Origin: Leptolyngbyaceae cyanobacterium
Lineage (GTDB): Bacteria; Cyanobacteriota; Cyanobacteriia; Phormidesmidales; Phormidesmidaceae
Length of the DNA stretch: 64,000 bases
Assembly (NCBI GenBank): GCA_965263355.1
Contig: CBDHHL010000056.1
Coordinates: forward strand, 1,920,001 to 1,984,000
Reading direction: 5' to 3'
Part shown: positions 48,078 to 58,318 of the stretch, one piece after another
Layout of the letters: each line of letters opens with the position of its first letter
Position numbering within the stretch: the first letter of the stretch is position 1
Position numbers and translations under genes: made by a program
The notes under the pieces: model-generated
Told to the model about the DNA's origin: nothing
What the model saw: the letters and a program-made list of their open reading frames with translations, nothing else
Databases searched by the model: none

Positions 48078-50327
48078 TTATCCTTGTTGTTTAATTTGTT
48101 TATTCATCCAAGTAATTACAGCGGGGGAGCGAGCTGTGAAGGTAATCAAATAGTCTTGTGCGGTATCGCTCTGTTGTTGCACCTTGGCGTAGATGTCAGT
48201 TTCACAGATTTCTGTAGGAGCAGAGGGCGATTGAATTAGCAATTTGATATTGGTGAGTAGGTGCAACGGCTCCAATCCCTCAATATGTAACAATGCCGTT
48301 TTGGCAGATAACTTTTGCAGACTGCCATTATGGTGTTGTGCCCCCACCTGTTTACCTTCCAGGGCTACGTATTCGATGGGAATAGCTTCAATTAAAGGTT
48401 GTAGAGGTAGCTCTTCTAGGGTTAATGAAAGGTTATACAAGTCACCGCCAATACCATTGACATCGTAGATGGTAATGGGTCGTTTGATGCCTTTTGGATA
48501 GATGTCAACTTTACTTTGGATGGCAAGGCGATGGTTGTTGATATTACCAATTTCTTGGTGAGTATCTTCGGAAATAAAGATTTGCCCCCCTGTGGTGTAA
48601 GACTCGATGCGAAAAGTAAGATTAACAGCGCCCCCAATAACGCTATACTTCGTACGCTTTTCGGAACCGATATTGCCAACGACGACACACCCAGTGTTAA
48701 TGCCAATGCCCATTTCCTGTTCGGGAAAGCCGTTGAGACGCATAGATTTATTGACATTGACCATGGCTTGTTGCATTGCGATCGCACAAGCCACAGCCCG
48801 GTCTGGATGATTATCGTTGGCCACCCGATTGGGCGCTCCAAAGATAACTAAAATGCCATCTCCCATAAATTCATCAATCACCCCCTCATAGTCATTGATA
48901 ACGTCGGACATGTAGCCCAAATACAAGTTCAATATCTTGACCACTTGTTCCGGGGGGAGCTGTTCTGACAACGCAGTAAACCCTCGCAAGTCAGAGGTCA
49001 GAATGGTAATCTTGCGGGTCTCTCCACCGAGTTTGAGGTTATCAGGGTCATCTAGCAGATTAGCGACGATTTGATCGCTAAGATAGCGGCTAAAGGTACG
49101 ACGAATCTGGCTAGCACTATGGGCGAGATAGGTGTTTACGCCAGTCGTTGCGCCCGCTAAAGCCATTAAAGGCGGGATCACCGGGATCCACCAGCCTGCT
49201 AAAAATAGACCATAGGTGCTCAAGACTAGCGTAGAGGTCAGGGTTATCAGCAGAAACAACTGCTGGACCAGTGCCCGTTTTCCAGGATTGCGCTGTAGCC
49301 AGGTGACTATAGCCCCTACTGTGGCCCACAGAAAAATCCAGCAGTATTCTATGGGATCTGGCCAGGTACGAATTAAGGCCTTGCCATCCAAGGCTGCACT
49401 AATAATTTGACTGGTTAAGTTGGCATGGATTTCCACCCCAGCCATAGGCTTAGGCAAGTTCAGTTGCTTAGTGCTGTGGGGGACAAAAAACCTGTCTTTG
49501 AGACTTTCTGCCACAGGCCCAATTAAAATTATCCGATCTTTAGCCCAGTCATCGGGGAGCTGATCGTCTAAAACGTCCTGCATGGAGACCGTTTCAAATA
49601 GTCCGCTACCACCACGATAATTAATTAAAATTTGATAGCCTCGGATATCCGCATCCACATAGCCGCCATCGTTGGGGCCCAGACGCCGAAAGGTAGTTCC
49701 GTTGAGCTGCCAGACATTGGGCGTGTCTGTTGCTTCCGGGGAAATGCCTTCAGGTTCAAGATAAAGTAAGGCCAAATAAAGGGCCAGCGTAGGCAGGATA
49801 TCACCGGCTGGAGTTTCGAGCTGCAGTAATCCCCGGCGAACGGTATTGTCATTGTCCACCACCCCCGTTTCATTCACACCGATTTGGCCAAGTTCTGCTA
49901 AGACGGGCGGCGGGTTAAAAGCGTCTCGATTTTTGTCTTCTTCTGTAACCTTATAAATCCCGATCAAGTTAGGAGTACTACGAAATACCGCCTCTAGTGC
50001 TTGATGACCAGGCTCTACGGGGATATCCCGAATAATGTCGAGACCAATGGCACGGGGCGATTGAGCCGCTAACTTACTGATGGCTTCCGCATAGACAGCA
50101 TCGGGCAGAATTGCTTGTCTCTGCTGACGGATATCCTCTTCATCGATGCCTACAATAGCGATACGTGAATCTTTTTCCTCGGCTCGCCATTGTAGATACT
50201 GATCGTAGGCCCACCACTCCAGCGGTTGCAACACCCCTACTGACCTCAGCAGAATTACCAAGATGGTAATGGCCGGTGTGGCAATGACCACCCCCCGCCA
50301 TTGCCAAAATAACCGTTTGAGATTCAT
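48078..50327 (-). CDS. CHASE2-domain class III adenylate/guanylate cyclase
   Basis: CHASE2 (IGLDIIRD, GVEIHA), TMs, SDLRGFT, GDG, GNIGS..R..Y..IG..VN...R. Confidence 0.92.
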   Translation of the reverse strand: MNLKRLFWQWRGVVIATPAITILVILLRSVGVLQPLEWWAYDQYLQWRAEEKDSRIAIVGIDEEDIRQQRQAILPDAVYAEAISKLAAQSPRAIGLDIIRDIPVEPGHQALEAVFRSTPNLIGIYKVTEEDKNRDAFNPPPVLAELGQIGVNETGVVDNDNTVRRGLLQLETPAGDILPTLALYLALLYLEPEGISPEATDTPNVWQLNGTTFRRLGPNDGGYVDADIRGYQILINYRGGSGLFETVSMQDVLDDQLPDDWAKDRIILIGPVAESLKDRFFVPHSTKQLNLPKPMAGVEIHANLTSQIISAALDGKALIRTWPDPIEYCWIFLWATVGAIVTWLQRNPGKRALVQQLFLLITLTSTLVLSTYGLFLAGWWIPVIPPLMALAGATTGVNTYLAHSASQIRRTFSRYLSDQIVANLLDDPDNLKLGGETRKITILTSDLRGFTALSEQLPPEQVVKILNLYLGYMSDVINDYEGVIDEFMGDGILVIFGAPNRVANDNHPDRAVACAIAMQQAMVNVNKSMRLNGFPEQEMGIGINTGCVVVGNIGSEKRTKYSVIGGAVNLTFRIESYTTGGQIFISEDTHQEIGNINNHRLAIQSKVDIYPKGIKRPITIYDVNGIGGDLYNLSLTLEELPLQPLIEAIPIEYVALEGKQVGAQHHNGSLQKLSAKTALLHIEGLEPLHLLTNIKLLIQSPSAPTEICETDIYAKVQQQSDTAQDYLITFTARSPAVITWMNKQIKQQG

Positions 50328-51166
50328 TGATCGGCACGGCCATTAATGCCATCTAACAGGCGTTGAAGGCTAGTTTGAGTGGCTTGACTGTCCTGAGTTT
50401 CTTCTGAGACTACCTGGTTGGGTACAGGTGGCGTTGAAGTTTCAACCGTCAGTGCGGACTGACTTACAATCGGTGCTGCTGCCACCTGGTCAAGGCCGAC
50501 TGATGATAGTAGCTCTGTCCAAGTGTTAGGATTTTGAGTCCGAACAGTGGCAGCCAGGGTAATGGTTTCTTGCCAGGCCCCTGCTTGGGCATAGAGTTCA
50601 GCTTGGGCCACAGGATCATCGTTGGCATCCAACTGGGTTAAAAAGTCTGTACTTGCGTCAAGGCGCTGAATGCCCCCTCCCAATGCCACATCTTCATCCC
50701 GTTCGTTCGGGTCACACACGAGGGCAAAATCCCAATAATATATTCTGCCCGCCTCAAACATGGGGGTGATGCCGTCACCTTGATAGGTAGGCATGGTGAC
50801 TTGGATTGTGCCAGGGGTATTCGGCAAGTCCAATGCCTTTTGGTAAACCTGATTGCCATCGCTATCGACAATGGTCAGCTCGGCATCCTTGGTATTGGTT
50901 TGAGGAATGTAAAACCAGAGGGATAAGGGAATATCAGTATCAGCCCCAAATGCGGTTGCGATCGCATTTTGAGGTAATAACGATGTTAAAGAGGGACGAA
51001 CCGACGGATCTAGACAAATTTCTCCCCTTGTCCCAAAGGATGGGGTCCGGGCCGGTGCATCTAAGCCACTTGTTTCTGGAAATTTGACGGCATCACTAGG
51101 ACTGGCGACGGTAGCTACCATCAGCACAGCAAGGGACGTTTGAATAAAGCGCGAACGAATAGACAT
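50324..51166 (-). CDS. DUF928 family secreted protein
   Basis: Signal, GTRG..C, LWFYIP, YYW.F.LVCD, YAQAGAW; coupled to CHASE2 gene. Confidence 0.87.
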   Translation of the reverse strand: MSIRSRFIQTSLAVLMVATVASPSDAVKFPETSGLDAPARTPSFGTRGEICLDPSVRPSLTSLLPQNAIATAFGADTDIPLSLWFYIPQTNTKDAELTIVDSDGNQVYQKALDLPNTPGTIQVTMPTYQGDGITPMFEAGRIYYWDFALVCDPNERDEDVALGGGIQRLDASTDFLTQLDANDDPVAQAELYAQAGAWQETITLAATVRTQNPNTWTELLSSVGLDQVAAAPIVSQSALTVETSTPPVPNQVVSEETQDSQATQTSLQRLLDGINGRADQ

Positions 51167-51506
51167 GACGATTTTTTCTCTGACAACATCTGGTTAGGTG
51201 GAAATTTGCGATAAGTGTGTTGACATTTATCTTTTCTTACCTATAGCTACATAGCGTTCAGAATTTGTTTCGGTAACTTTTGAATAGACCAGTAGGAAAA
51301 CTGTCTGCCAAAAGCAAGGGCAGAATTGCGTTCCCAGCTCTCTGAAATTAACCGAGTTAACCGCTGTAATTCCTTAGCAGCAGCAGCATAGGGATTAAGA
51401 ACGTCAACCTATCACTAATAATTTGCTAACGAAAATCATTCCGTTGGTTATACATAAATCAATGTATTCGTTATTACATACAGATCATCGCCAACGTCTA
51501 GCCATC

Positions 51507-52454
51507 CTAGTCATCCACTTCAAATGATACTTCCAGATCAATTGACCGCTCACTTGCATCCAAGCCAAAATATTCAGCTTCGATACCTTCAATATTTGTG
51601 CCAGACTCTAGCGATACTAAAGACGTGATCGAACCCAGGGACAACAAATCACCTGGCCTTAATTCTACGCCTTGAGTTTGTAAGGTGTCGCGTAGCCAGC
51701 GCACCGCATTAATTGGATGTCCCAAAAGGGCTGTGCTATCGCCCTCAACCAAAAATTGCCCCCGATCATTTTTGAGTACGACCCGAATATTTGCTAGCTG
51801 AGCTAGACCATTATCTGCAGGGGCCAGCTCCACCGGATCACCAACGATGCCATATCGAGCCCCGACATTGACAGCCACTAAGGCTCCCGCAGTAACGTCA
51901 GCATCTTCTTCGTAGATCAGATCGGGCAATTCTAGAAAGGGGATGACAGCATCTAAGCCAGCCAATAGTTCTAAGTCGGTTTCGGCTTGATTGATATCGG
52001 CACTGCCGACCCGTACCATTAAATCGCCTTCAGCTTGGGGACGGCTGCCAAACTCCAGTGGCAAACTGTCACCGCTTTCAAGCAACATACTTTCAAGTAG
52101 GAAACCATATAGTGGATGACTTATTCCCAACTGAGACTGGGCTTGGGGGTTTGTCAACGCAACCTTATAGCCAACAATAGAGCCTTCCTCTCCGGCCTGG
52201 CTGATGAGACGTCGCACAAAGTTGCCATGAACCGAGTTAATTTGTCTGGATGATAAACCGTCAGTCAGGATAGGTGCAGGGTAACCGGCTGAGTAATGTT
52301 GAAACAGTGACACTGCCACTAAATCTGTATAGCTTTGGGCTAACCGCAGCGTTTGTAAGGGTTTCGGTAACGTGTCTTTAGCTTGAATTGCGGTGGCTCC
52401 ACTCGCCAAGATAATGCCGATGCCAATGCCCTGTAGCCAGCGCCAGTATTTCAT
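51507..52454 (-). CDS. 2-keto-4-pentenoate hydratase/FAH-family protein with signal peptide
   Basis: GYKVALT, EGDL, FLELPD, LLGHP..AVRWL, PGDLLSLGS. Confidence 0.85.
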   Translation of the reverse strand: MKYWRWLQGIGIGIILASGATAIQAKDTLPKPLQTLRLAQSYTDLVAVSLFQHYSAGYPAPILTDGLSSRQINSVHGNFVRRLISQAGEEGSIVGYKVALTNPQAQSQLGISHPLYGFLLESMLLESGDSLPLEFGSRPQAEGDLMVRVGSADINQAETDLELLAGLDAVIPFLELPDLIYEEDADVTAGALVAVNVGARYGIVGDPVELAPADNGLAQLANIRVVLKNDRGQFLVEGDSTALLGHPINAVRWLRDTLQTQGVELRPGDLLSLGSITSLVSLESGTNIEGIEAEYFGLDASERSIDLEVSFEVDD

Positions 52455-52521
52455 TTTCCGCTCCCTTACGTTTAGTGACTTATGTAACCGTTGATTTGAT
52501 CGAGTTGTATATCTATCCGTC

Positions 52522-52594
52522 TAAACCACGTCCAATTTCAAACCTGTAGATTCTTTACCGAAAAAACGACCGTTCTGGATGTGGACAAGGTTTA
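52522..52594 (-). repeat. 73-bp dispersed MITE-like repeat, copy 3 (inverted)
   Basis: Reverse complement aligns without gaps to 9087-9159 and 25468-25540. Confidence 0.78.
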
Positions 52595-52724
52595 TTTAAT
52601 TAGAAATCCCCAAGAACGCTAGAAGTTAAGAAAACTCACTTTTGGAGATTACATAGCATACAAAGCTTTTGTCACCATGACACCCGTAAAGGTGACGCCT
52701 GAGTAATTGGCTTGATACAGACTG

Positions 52725-52860
52725 ATACGCAATCCTGGTTAATTGCCCCAGATATCCCAGGGCACCAGGCTTCGACAGTAAGCTCAGCCGACCTCCACCA
52801 GGGATTGTCCCTACAGACTTTGCTACTTTTAATCGGAACTCACAGATTCGGACTGAGTAC
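52725..52860 (+). repeat. MITE/REP-like element family 2, copy with nested insert
   Basis: ATACGCAATCC...AGGGCA...CCAC.AGGGA.TG.CCCTACAG...AATCGG...ATTCGGA shared with 54850-54956. Confidence 0.7.
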
Positions 52861-53018
52861 GACATATGCATCGCTTATATTGCAGGGTTTTCTCACCTTT
52901 CTAATCCTTGATGCTGATCTCCTAGAGCATTTTGTTACTGTATATAAAGACATCTACGATCATTCCCATAGGCGATATTACGACCGTTATGTCCGTTGTC
53001 TTAGCGAAGTCATAATCC

Positions 53019-53348
53019 ATGAAGGCGGTAGTTTTGAATTCGACCGTTCAGGCCATTTCTGCGTCACCTACAGTGACGCAGGAAAGGGCTAATCAAGTTA
53101 CTCGACAGCCGTATCCTAACTACAAGGTGATTGTGCTTAATGATGATTTCAATACGTTTCAGCATGTGGCTGAGACGCTAGTGAAATATATCCCTCATAT
53201 GACACCAGATCAGGCTTGGAAGTTAACCAATCAGGTGCATTATGAGGGCCAAGCAACCGTATGGGTGGGGCCATTAGAGCAGGCAGAGCTTTACCACAGT
53301 CAGTTGATTCGTGCGGGATTGACTATGGCTCCTTTAGAGAAGGCTTAA
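53019..53348 (+). CDS. clpS: Clp protease adaptor ClpS
   Basis: YKVIVLNDDFNTF, VHYEG, EQAELY. Confidence 0.93.
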   Translation: MKAVVLNSTVQAISASPTVTQERANQVTRQPYPNYKVIVLNDDFNTFQHVAETLVKYIPHMTPDQAWKLTNQVHYEGQATVWVGPLEQAELYHSQLIRAGLTMAPLEKA

Positions 53349-53352
53349 TCCG

Positions 53353-53649
53353 ATGGCCTCTGCTGATAAGGAGCCGACTGGGCGAGTAGTTTTAAACCAT
53401 TCCACCCATATACCCGGGTTGATTGCCATCCTGCATAAGCTGGCAGCTCATGCAGACATTAAAACCTTGACACCAGCCGTCATTAGTCGAGGGCGTTCTA
53501 ATGCGCCTAAATTGCGTCTAAAGGTATCAGTACCTATTCTGGGGGGGTTTAAGTTGATTGCCCGTAAAGGGTCATCGATTCAAGAAGTTTTCGTCATTAC
53601 TGATTTGACTGCAGAACAGCTCACAGCAGCCATTGACGCGGTTATGTAA
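53353..53649 (+). CDS. DUF2103 family protein
   Basis: NHSTHIPG, GGFKLIARKG...QEVFV. Confidence 0.85.
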   Translation: MASADKEPTGRVVLNHSTHIPGLIAILHKLAAHADIKTLTPAVISRGRSNAPKLRLKVSVPILGGFKLIARKGSSIQEVFVITDLTAEQLTAAIDAVM

Positions 53650-53688
53650 GCGTACAAAGCAACGGTCATACCGAATGGATCATGGACA

Positions 53689-54840
53689 ATGGCCAATCAG
53701 CAGTACCCATCAGACAATAAACAATGCCAAGAAGGCAAGGCACAGTTTTCGATCGCAAACGCCTTTTATCGCCCCTCCAGCCAAATAGGTCGTGATTTAG
53801 CCGTACTGGCCGCTAATCTCTACCGACAGCAGCATGGACAATTGCGAGTGATTGATGCGATGACGGGTTGCGGGGTGCGATCGCTACGCTACCATTTGGA
53901 AGCGGGTGCAGACTGGGTCTGGGCAAACGAAGGCAATCCGGAACTGGCAGGCTTGCTGCGTCGCAACTTGCGCCGGGGAATGACAGCAGGTTCCTATGAC
54001 ATTACCCACCAGGATGCCAACCAGCTATTTTTTAGGTGTGCCCAGCAGCAGGACTATTACGACCTGATTGACCTTGACAGCTTTGGCAGCCCTACAGCGT
54101 TTATCAACACAGCACTTTGGGCGATTAAGCTGGGGGGACTACTCTATCTCACCAGTACCGATGGCCGAACGACCAGTGGCCATGCCCTAGAAAAAAGCGT
54201 TCAGGTTTATGGGGCCTGTGCCCGCAGTCATCCGGCGGTGCATGAACAGGGGCTACGACTACTAATAGGGTGTGCCGCCCAGCAAGCGGCTGCCAAAGGA
54301 TTTCAGATTGAGCCAGTATTTTCGATTTTTAATGGGTCGATCCATCGGGTGATGGTGCGAGTGATCACAGGCACCTGGCAACATGAAAACTATGGTTTTT
54401 TGGCCTATTGCCATAGCTGTGGACAGTTTCGTACGGCTAATTGGCGACAATTGGGGCAGCTAGCATGTGATGGTTGTGGTGCGGCCCCAGTAGTCAGTGG
54501 ACCGATGTGGCTGGGGCCACTCCATGATGTAGCCTATATAGGCCAAATGGCGGCCTTAGCAACCCAGTGGAATTGGCCATCGCAAATTCACCGATTGTTG
54601 ACGATAATGAGCCAAGAAGCTGCTCTGCCCCCCTATTACTATCCTTTAGCGGAGATTGGTCGTCGAGGACAGATGGACATTCCAGCAAGGGAGCCGTTGA
54701 TTGAGGGAATTTGCGATCGCACCGATGCCTCAGGCGATCACTACCGTGCCACGCGTACCCACCTAAATCCTCAAGCGATTAAAACCAATGCTCCCCTAAG
54801 GGACTGCCTGGCAGTTGCTCGCTCCTTATCTGTTGGTTAA
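53689..54840 (+). CDS. trm1: Trm1-like tRNA G26 N2,N2-dimethyltransferase
   Basis: FY.P....RD, DAMTGCGVRSLRY, IDLDSFGSP, CxxC...CxxC, GPMWLGPLHD, THL...IKTNAP. Confidence 0.8.
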   Translation: MANQQYPSDNKQCQEGKAQFSIANAFYRPSSQIGRDLAVLAANLYRQQHGQLRVIDAMTGCGVRSLRYHLEAGADWVWANEGNPELAGLLRRNLRRGMTAGSYDITHQDANQLFFRCAQQQDYYDLIDLDSFGSPTAFINTALWAIKLGGLLYLTSTDGRTTSGHALEKSVQVYGACARSHPAVHEQGLRLLIGCAAQQAAAKGFQIEPVFSIFNGSIHRVMVRVITGTWQHENYGFLAYCHSCGQFRTANWRQLGQLACDGCGAAPVVSGPMWLGPLHDVAYIGQMAALATQWNWPSQIHRLLTIMSQEAALPPYYYPLAEIGRRGQMDIPAREPLIEGICDRTDASGDHYRATRTHLNPQAIKTNAPLRDCLAVARSLSVG

Positions 54841-54849
54841 TTGAGACTA

Positions 54850-54956
54850 ATACGCAATCCAGACTGATAGCGTCCGGCATCAAAGGGCATCCACAAGGGA
54901 GTGCCCCTACAGGATTATCCATTTTGAATCGGGTTAAATAAATTCGGATTTGGTAT
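54850..54956 (+). repeat. MITE/REP-like element family 2
   Basis: Imperfect terminal IR ATACGCAATCC/GGATTTGGTAT (9/11) around GGGCATCCACAAGGGAGTGCCCCTAC hairpin. Confidence 0.7.
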
Positions 54957-55000
54957 AACTTCCTATTCCGTCGGTTTGCTTAGCAAGTTGTTGGCAAAAA

Positions 55001-55636
55001 CTAACTGGCGAGGGTTTCTGTGTAAGACTCTTCTAACACAGCGCCAAAATTCTGTTTTGCATAGGTATTCTTCATGTGTTTCTTGACCGTATTCAATGCA
55101 ATATTAAGTTTTGCCGCGATTTTTTGATATGTGTAACCAATTCGGTGAAGTGCCCATACATCGGCTTCACGAGGACTGAAGTCGTACCGAATTGTTTCGG
55201 TAATGGCAAGATTTTCCCAGGATTGTTTTTGGTTTTCTAAAATCACCAAAATATGGGGATCAACATTGTTGCCTAGGTTAAACCATCTTACCCGAATACG
55301 AATATGGTCATAAGATTGTTTAAGGGTTAATTCCGATTCGGCGATAGTCAGATGATTAGGAAAGTTTTTGCGACTATTAATCAAGATCTGACATGTTTTC
55401 CAAATTTCTTGAGGAATCTGGTTTATACAAGGTTGATATTGGGCGATGCGATCGCAAATACTACAAGCAAGCGTATTACTACCTACCCATTGACCGCCTT
55501 CAGTCAAAATTAAAATGCCATCAATCCAGTTAGCAAAAACAGAATCTATGGGACTATTGGTCTTCGGTATAAGCTGATTGGGTAACGATGTAGATGGATA
55601 GCTAGAAAGCGTGCTTAAGGAACTTTGAGATGTCAT
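55001..55636 (-). CDS. LuxR-type HTH regulator with PAS-like N-terminus
   Basis: FSPREADVW.L...GYTYQKIA..L.IALNTVKKHMKN. Confidence 0.87.
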   Translation of the reverse strand: MTSQSSLSTLSSYPSTSLPNQLIPKTNSPIDSVFANWIDGILILTEGGQWVGSNTLACSICDRIAQYQPCINQIPQEIWKTCQILINSRKNFPNHLTIAESELTLKQSYDHIRIRVRWFNLGNNVDPHILVILENQKQSWENLAITETIRYDFSPREADVWALHRIGYTYQKIAAKLNIALNTVKKHMKNTYAKQNFGAVLEESYTETLAS

Positions 55637-55905
55637 GGTCCTCTCAGGATGATCAAACTTGGGGACAAAAAGTCGAGAAATCCGAGGCCCATTAAGGGGC
55701 TAACGACAGGGGTAGATGCGTCAGTTACTACTATTTAATACGGTGAACCAGGTAAATCTATGCACACTTCTACCAATCTCATATCAGCTTTCTGTCTGAC
55801 TCAATAAATGACCAAGTTACTTTTGCAAATCATTCTTCATGGTTATAGATTTGTGTCATTTTCCCGAACGGCAATATTACCCCCTCTTCATTAAAAAACC
55901 TTGCA

Positions 55906-57405
55906 CTAAGTCTTGTTCAATACTGTATCCAAAAAATCAATGGGGGTGATTAAAAGATGAGGATATTTCACATCGCCCAGGCGTTTGCCCTGTTGATAGT
56001 GATACTCCATCAAGCATTGAGGAATCTCTGGCGAGTCATATATTTTAATTGGTTGCAGTTGTCCTAAAAGACGGGCGTGGCGATAATGAAAACTACGGCA
56101 GAGTAACTTTTCTAAAGTCTGAGCTAATTGATCTGCAGGTTGACTGATTTGGTCAATTAATAAACTATAGTGGGGATGCGGCAATCGGCTAGGGACAAGA
56201 CATTTGAATGTAGTATTTACTAGATTTAGCTGGGTTAGCACCTGACTGACAAAATCAAGGGTTAGTTTTTCACCCACCATATCGCTGGTGTTATTGCTGC
56301 GACCGATAAAGCATAAACAGGGCGTAGTCTGATAATAGTGGGTGGGTTGGATGCGATCGCACATCCGGTAGCGATACAGTCCCCCCTTCTGGGAAATAAT
56401 CACACTATAGGTCTGTCCTAGTTCTAGCTCATGAAGTAAATAAATCTGGCCCGCGTCATCCTCAAACTCAAAGAAAACTTCTGTGACTAAAGGCACACAG
56501 CCGTTTGCTCGCATCAGGGGAACCGTCATGGGCGCTTCCGTTGCTAACAGCCCCTTACCCTGGATCAGAGTGTTAGGAAAATGCACCCGCAACCCACTGA
56601 CCTGATCTGCTGCCATGGCACTATCCCAACAAGAGATCAACTTGAGCTGAGGCCATAGTGCTTGCCAGTCAATTATTTCGTGATTTAACAACTGCGACCG
56701 TTCTGCGGAAAGCTGACCGTTGAGCTGAGATCGCAATGTCTGACGATGTGTTTGAATATAGTCAAGTTGTACTGTTAGAAAACTAGGACTCCAAATAGAA
56801 ATAATCTCCAGGCTTTCTTCTAGCAACAGCGTTTTACATAGGGTAGATTGAAACACTTCTGGTGGTTGAGGTTTATGGGCATCGGGGGGTAATACCAGAA
56901 ACGGTTTTAGCAGCCAGCGTAACCATGGATCTAAGTATTCAGAATCGTCCTGTAAACCTTCGGTAGTTTCTCCTGGAGCCAACAGCTTAGGAGAGATACA
57001 CATATATACTTTACCCGTCTTAAAGGTGGGACCATGGGTAATCAAATCATGGGCCCAGATACAAAACAACGTGTTAAACGACTTTCTCAGGGCATGCGTA
57101 TAGGGGATACGTTTGGCTGGGCCACTACTGCCTGATGTTTGCTCATAGAAGAGAATTGGGTCTGGGGTCAGAGTATGTTTATTCTCTATCCAGGGATGCA
57201 AATCTTCATAGGTCACAATAGGTAGCTTGTGCCAGTCCTCGACCGAGATAATTCCTAAGGACTGGCCATAGTCACTCTGACTGAGTTGTTGAACCAGTAC
57301 TCTTTGTAACTCTCGTTGTGCCGTCTGAGGCTGAGACAATGCCTGATAAAAACGGTTTGCGGTAGGTGCCAACAGGGCACCAATCCCTTTAATCAGCCAC
57401 TGCAT
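55906..57405 (-). CDS. GH3 family acyl-adenylate/amide ligase
   Basis: TSGSSGPAKRIP, GLLATE, GGLYRY..D, GEKL; GGAGG SD before ATG 57405. Confidence 0.9.
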   Translation of the reverse strand: MQWLIKGIGALLAPTANRFYQALSQPQTAQRELQRVLVQQLSQSDYGQSLGIISVEDWHKLPIVTYEDLHPWIENKHTLTPDPILFYEQTSGSSGPAKRIPYTHALRKSFNTLFCIWAHDLITHGPTFKTGKVYMCISPKLLAPGETTEGLQDDSEYLDPWLRWLLKPFLVLPPDAHKPQPPEVFQSTLCKTLLLEESLEIISIWSPSFLTVQLDYIQTHRQTLRSQLNGQLSAERSQLLNHEIIDWQALWPQLKLISCWDSAMAADQVSGLRVHFPNTLIQGKGLLATEAPMTVPLMRANGCVPLVTEVFFEFEDDAGQIYLLHELELGQTYSVIISQKGGLYRYRMCDRIQPTHYYQTTPCLCFIGRSNNTSDMVGEKLTLDFVSQVLTQLNLVNTTFKCLVPSRLPHPHYSLLIDQISQPADQLAQTLEKLLCRSFHYRHARLLGQLQPIKIYDSPEIPQCLMEYHYQQGKRLGDVKYPHLLITPIDFLDTVLNKT

Positions 57406-58042
57406 GGTTGGCCTCCTCGGTCTCACTATCTGGCTCACCGATGGTTTTATTGGGGTAGAGTTCACTACCTGCTGCTAAAAAGCTGCCCGCTGTTATGGTA
57501 GCTCCTGGGCCAATATATGAGCCTGCGCCAATAAAGCTGTCATCACCAATGGTGATGGGTTTTAGGTATAGCATTAAGTTGTCGCGGCGAGGTTTAACAA
57601 TATGACTGTAGAGTCCCACCTGATGGCCAAAGACAACGTTATCGCCAATGGTTAACAGCCCCCGATCGGCAATTTCTAAGCCCGGTGTCCAGTAGACTTG
57701 TTTGCCTATCTGGGCTCCCCATAGGCGTAACCATATGGAAAATAGACCGGGCACTAGCCTTAATAGGGTTTCTAATGCTGGGAAAGCGATATAAATGAGT
57801 TGTAATTGGTGGCTTCCCCACCAGGGAGAATAATTTTCTCCCTGGAGATAGCTGATGCCATTTTTGAGGGGATAGATTTGCTGGTGGAGTCGATAGACAA
57901 GAACGGGAAACCCGTAAAGAAAGAAAATACATAGCATTAAACTCCACAGGCTATGCTCCCAGATACTGTAGACGAGGGAGAGACCGGCTAAGCCCAACGT
58001 TAGGGCTGGGAAAAAGGATAAAAACTTACTTAACAGGGTCAT
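57389..58042 (-). CDS. Membrane-anchored left-handed beta-helix acyltransferase
   Basis: TMs, LRLWGAQIG, hexapeptide repeats TIGDN/TIGDDSFIGAGS. Confidence 0.85.
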   Translation of the reverse strand: MTLLSKFLSFFPALTLGLAGLSLVYSIWEHSLWSLMLCIFFLYGFPVLVYRLHQQIYPLKNGISYLQGENYSPWWGSHQLQLIYIAFPALETLLRLVPGLFSIWLRLWGAQIGKQVYWTPGLEIADRGLLTIGDNVVFGHQVGLYSHIVKPRRDNLMLYLKPITIGDDSFIGAGSYIGPGATITAGSFLAAGSELYPNKTIGEPDSETEEANHAVAD

Positions 58043-58253
58043 GATTAGAGCGGGAGCGGGGACCTACCCAGATAGCGGCCCCGGTGACCAGGGGAATTAA
58101 GGCAAAGATGCCACCAAAGAGCAGGGGATATGTTTTAGCTGCGGGCACAGTTAAAACGATGGCAAAGACTAGACCGCAGTAAAGTAATGCGGCAAAGGGA
58201 ATGGCGCAGATGATCCAGAACATCAGGCGCTCATTGGATTCTATCGATGACAT
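58026..58253 (-). CDS. Small two-TM protein
   Basis: Hydrophobic 75 aa overlapping the downstream gene start. Confidence 0.65.
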   Translation of the reverse strand: MSSIESNERLMFWIICAIPFAALLYCGLVFAIVLTVPAAKTYPLLFGGIFALIPLVTGAAIWVGPRSRSNHDPVK

Positions 58254-58318
58254 AGGGTAGAACCAGGTAATGAATTGGATAGGAGTTCAGTCTAGCGAAT
58301 GGGGATGGGCAAGTGTTG

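Noticed and set aside
52712..53092. 126-aa ORF (and opposite ORF 52626-52871)
   Set aside because: Runs through a MITE-like repeat and overlaps clpS; no recognisable motif
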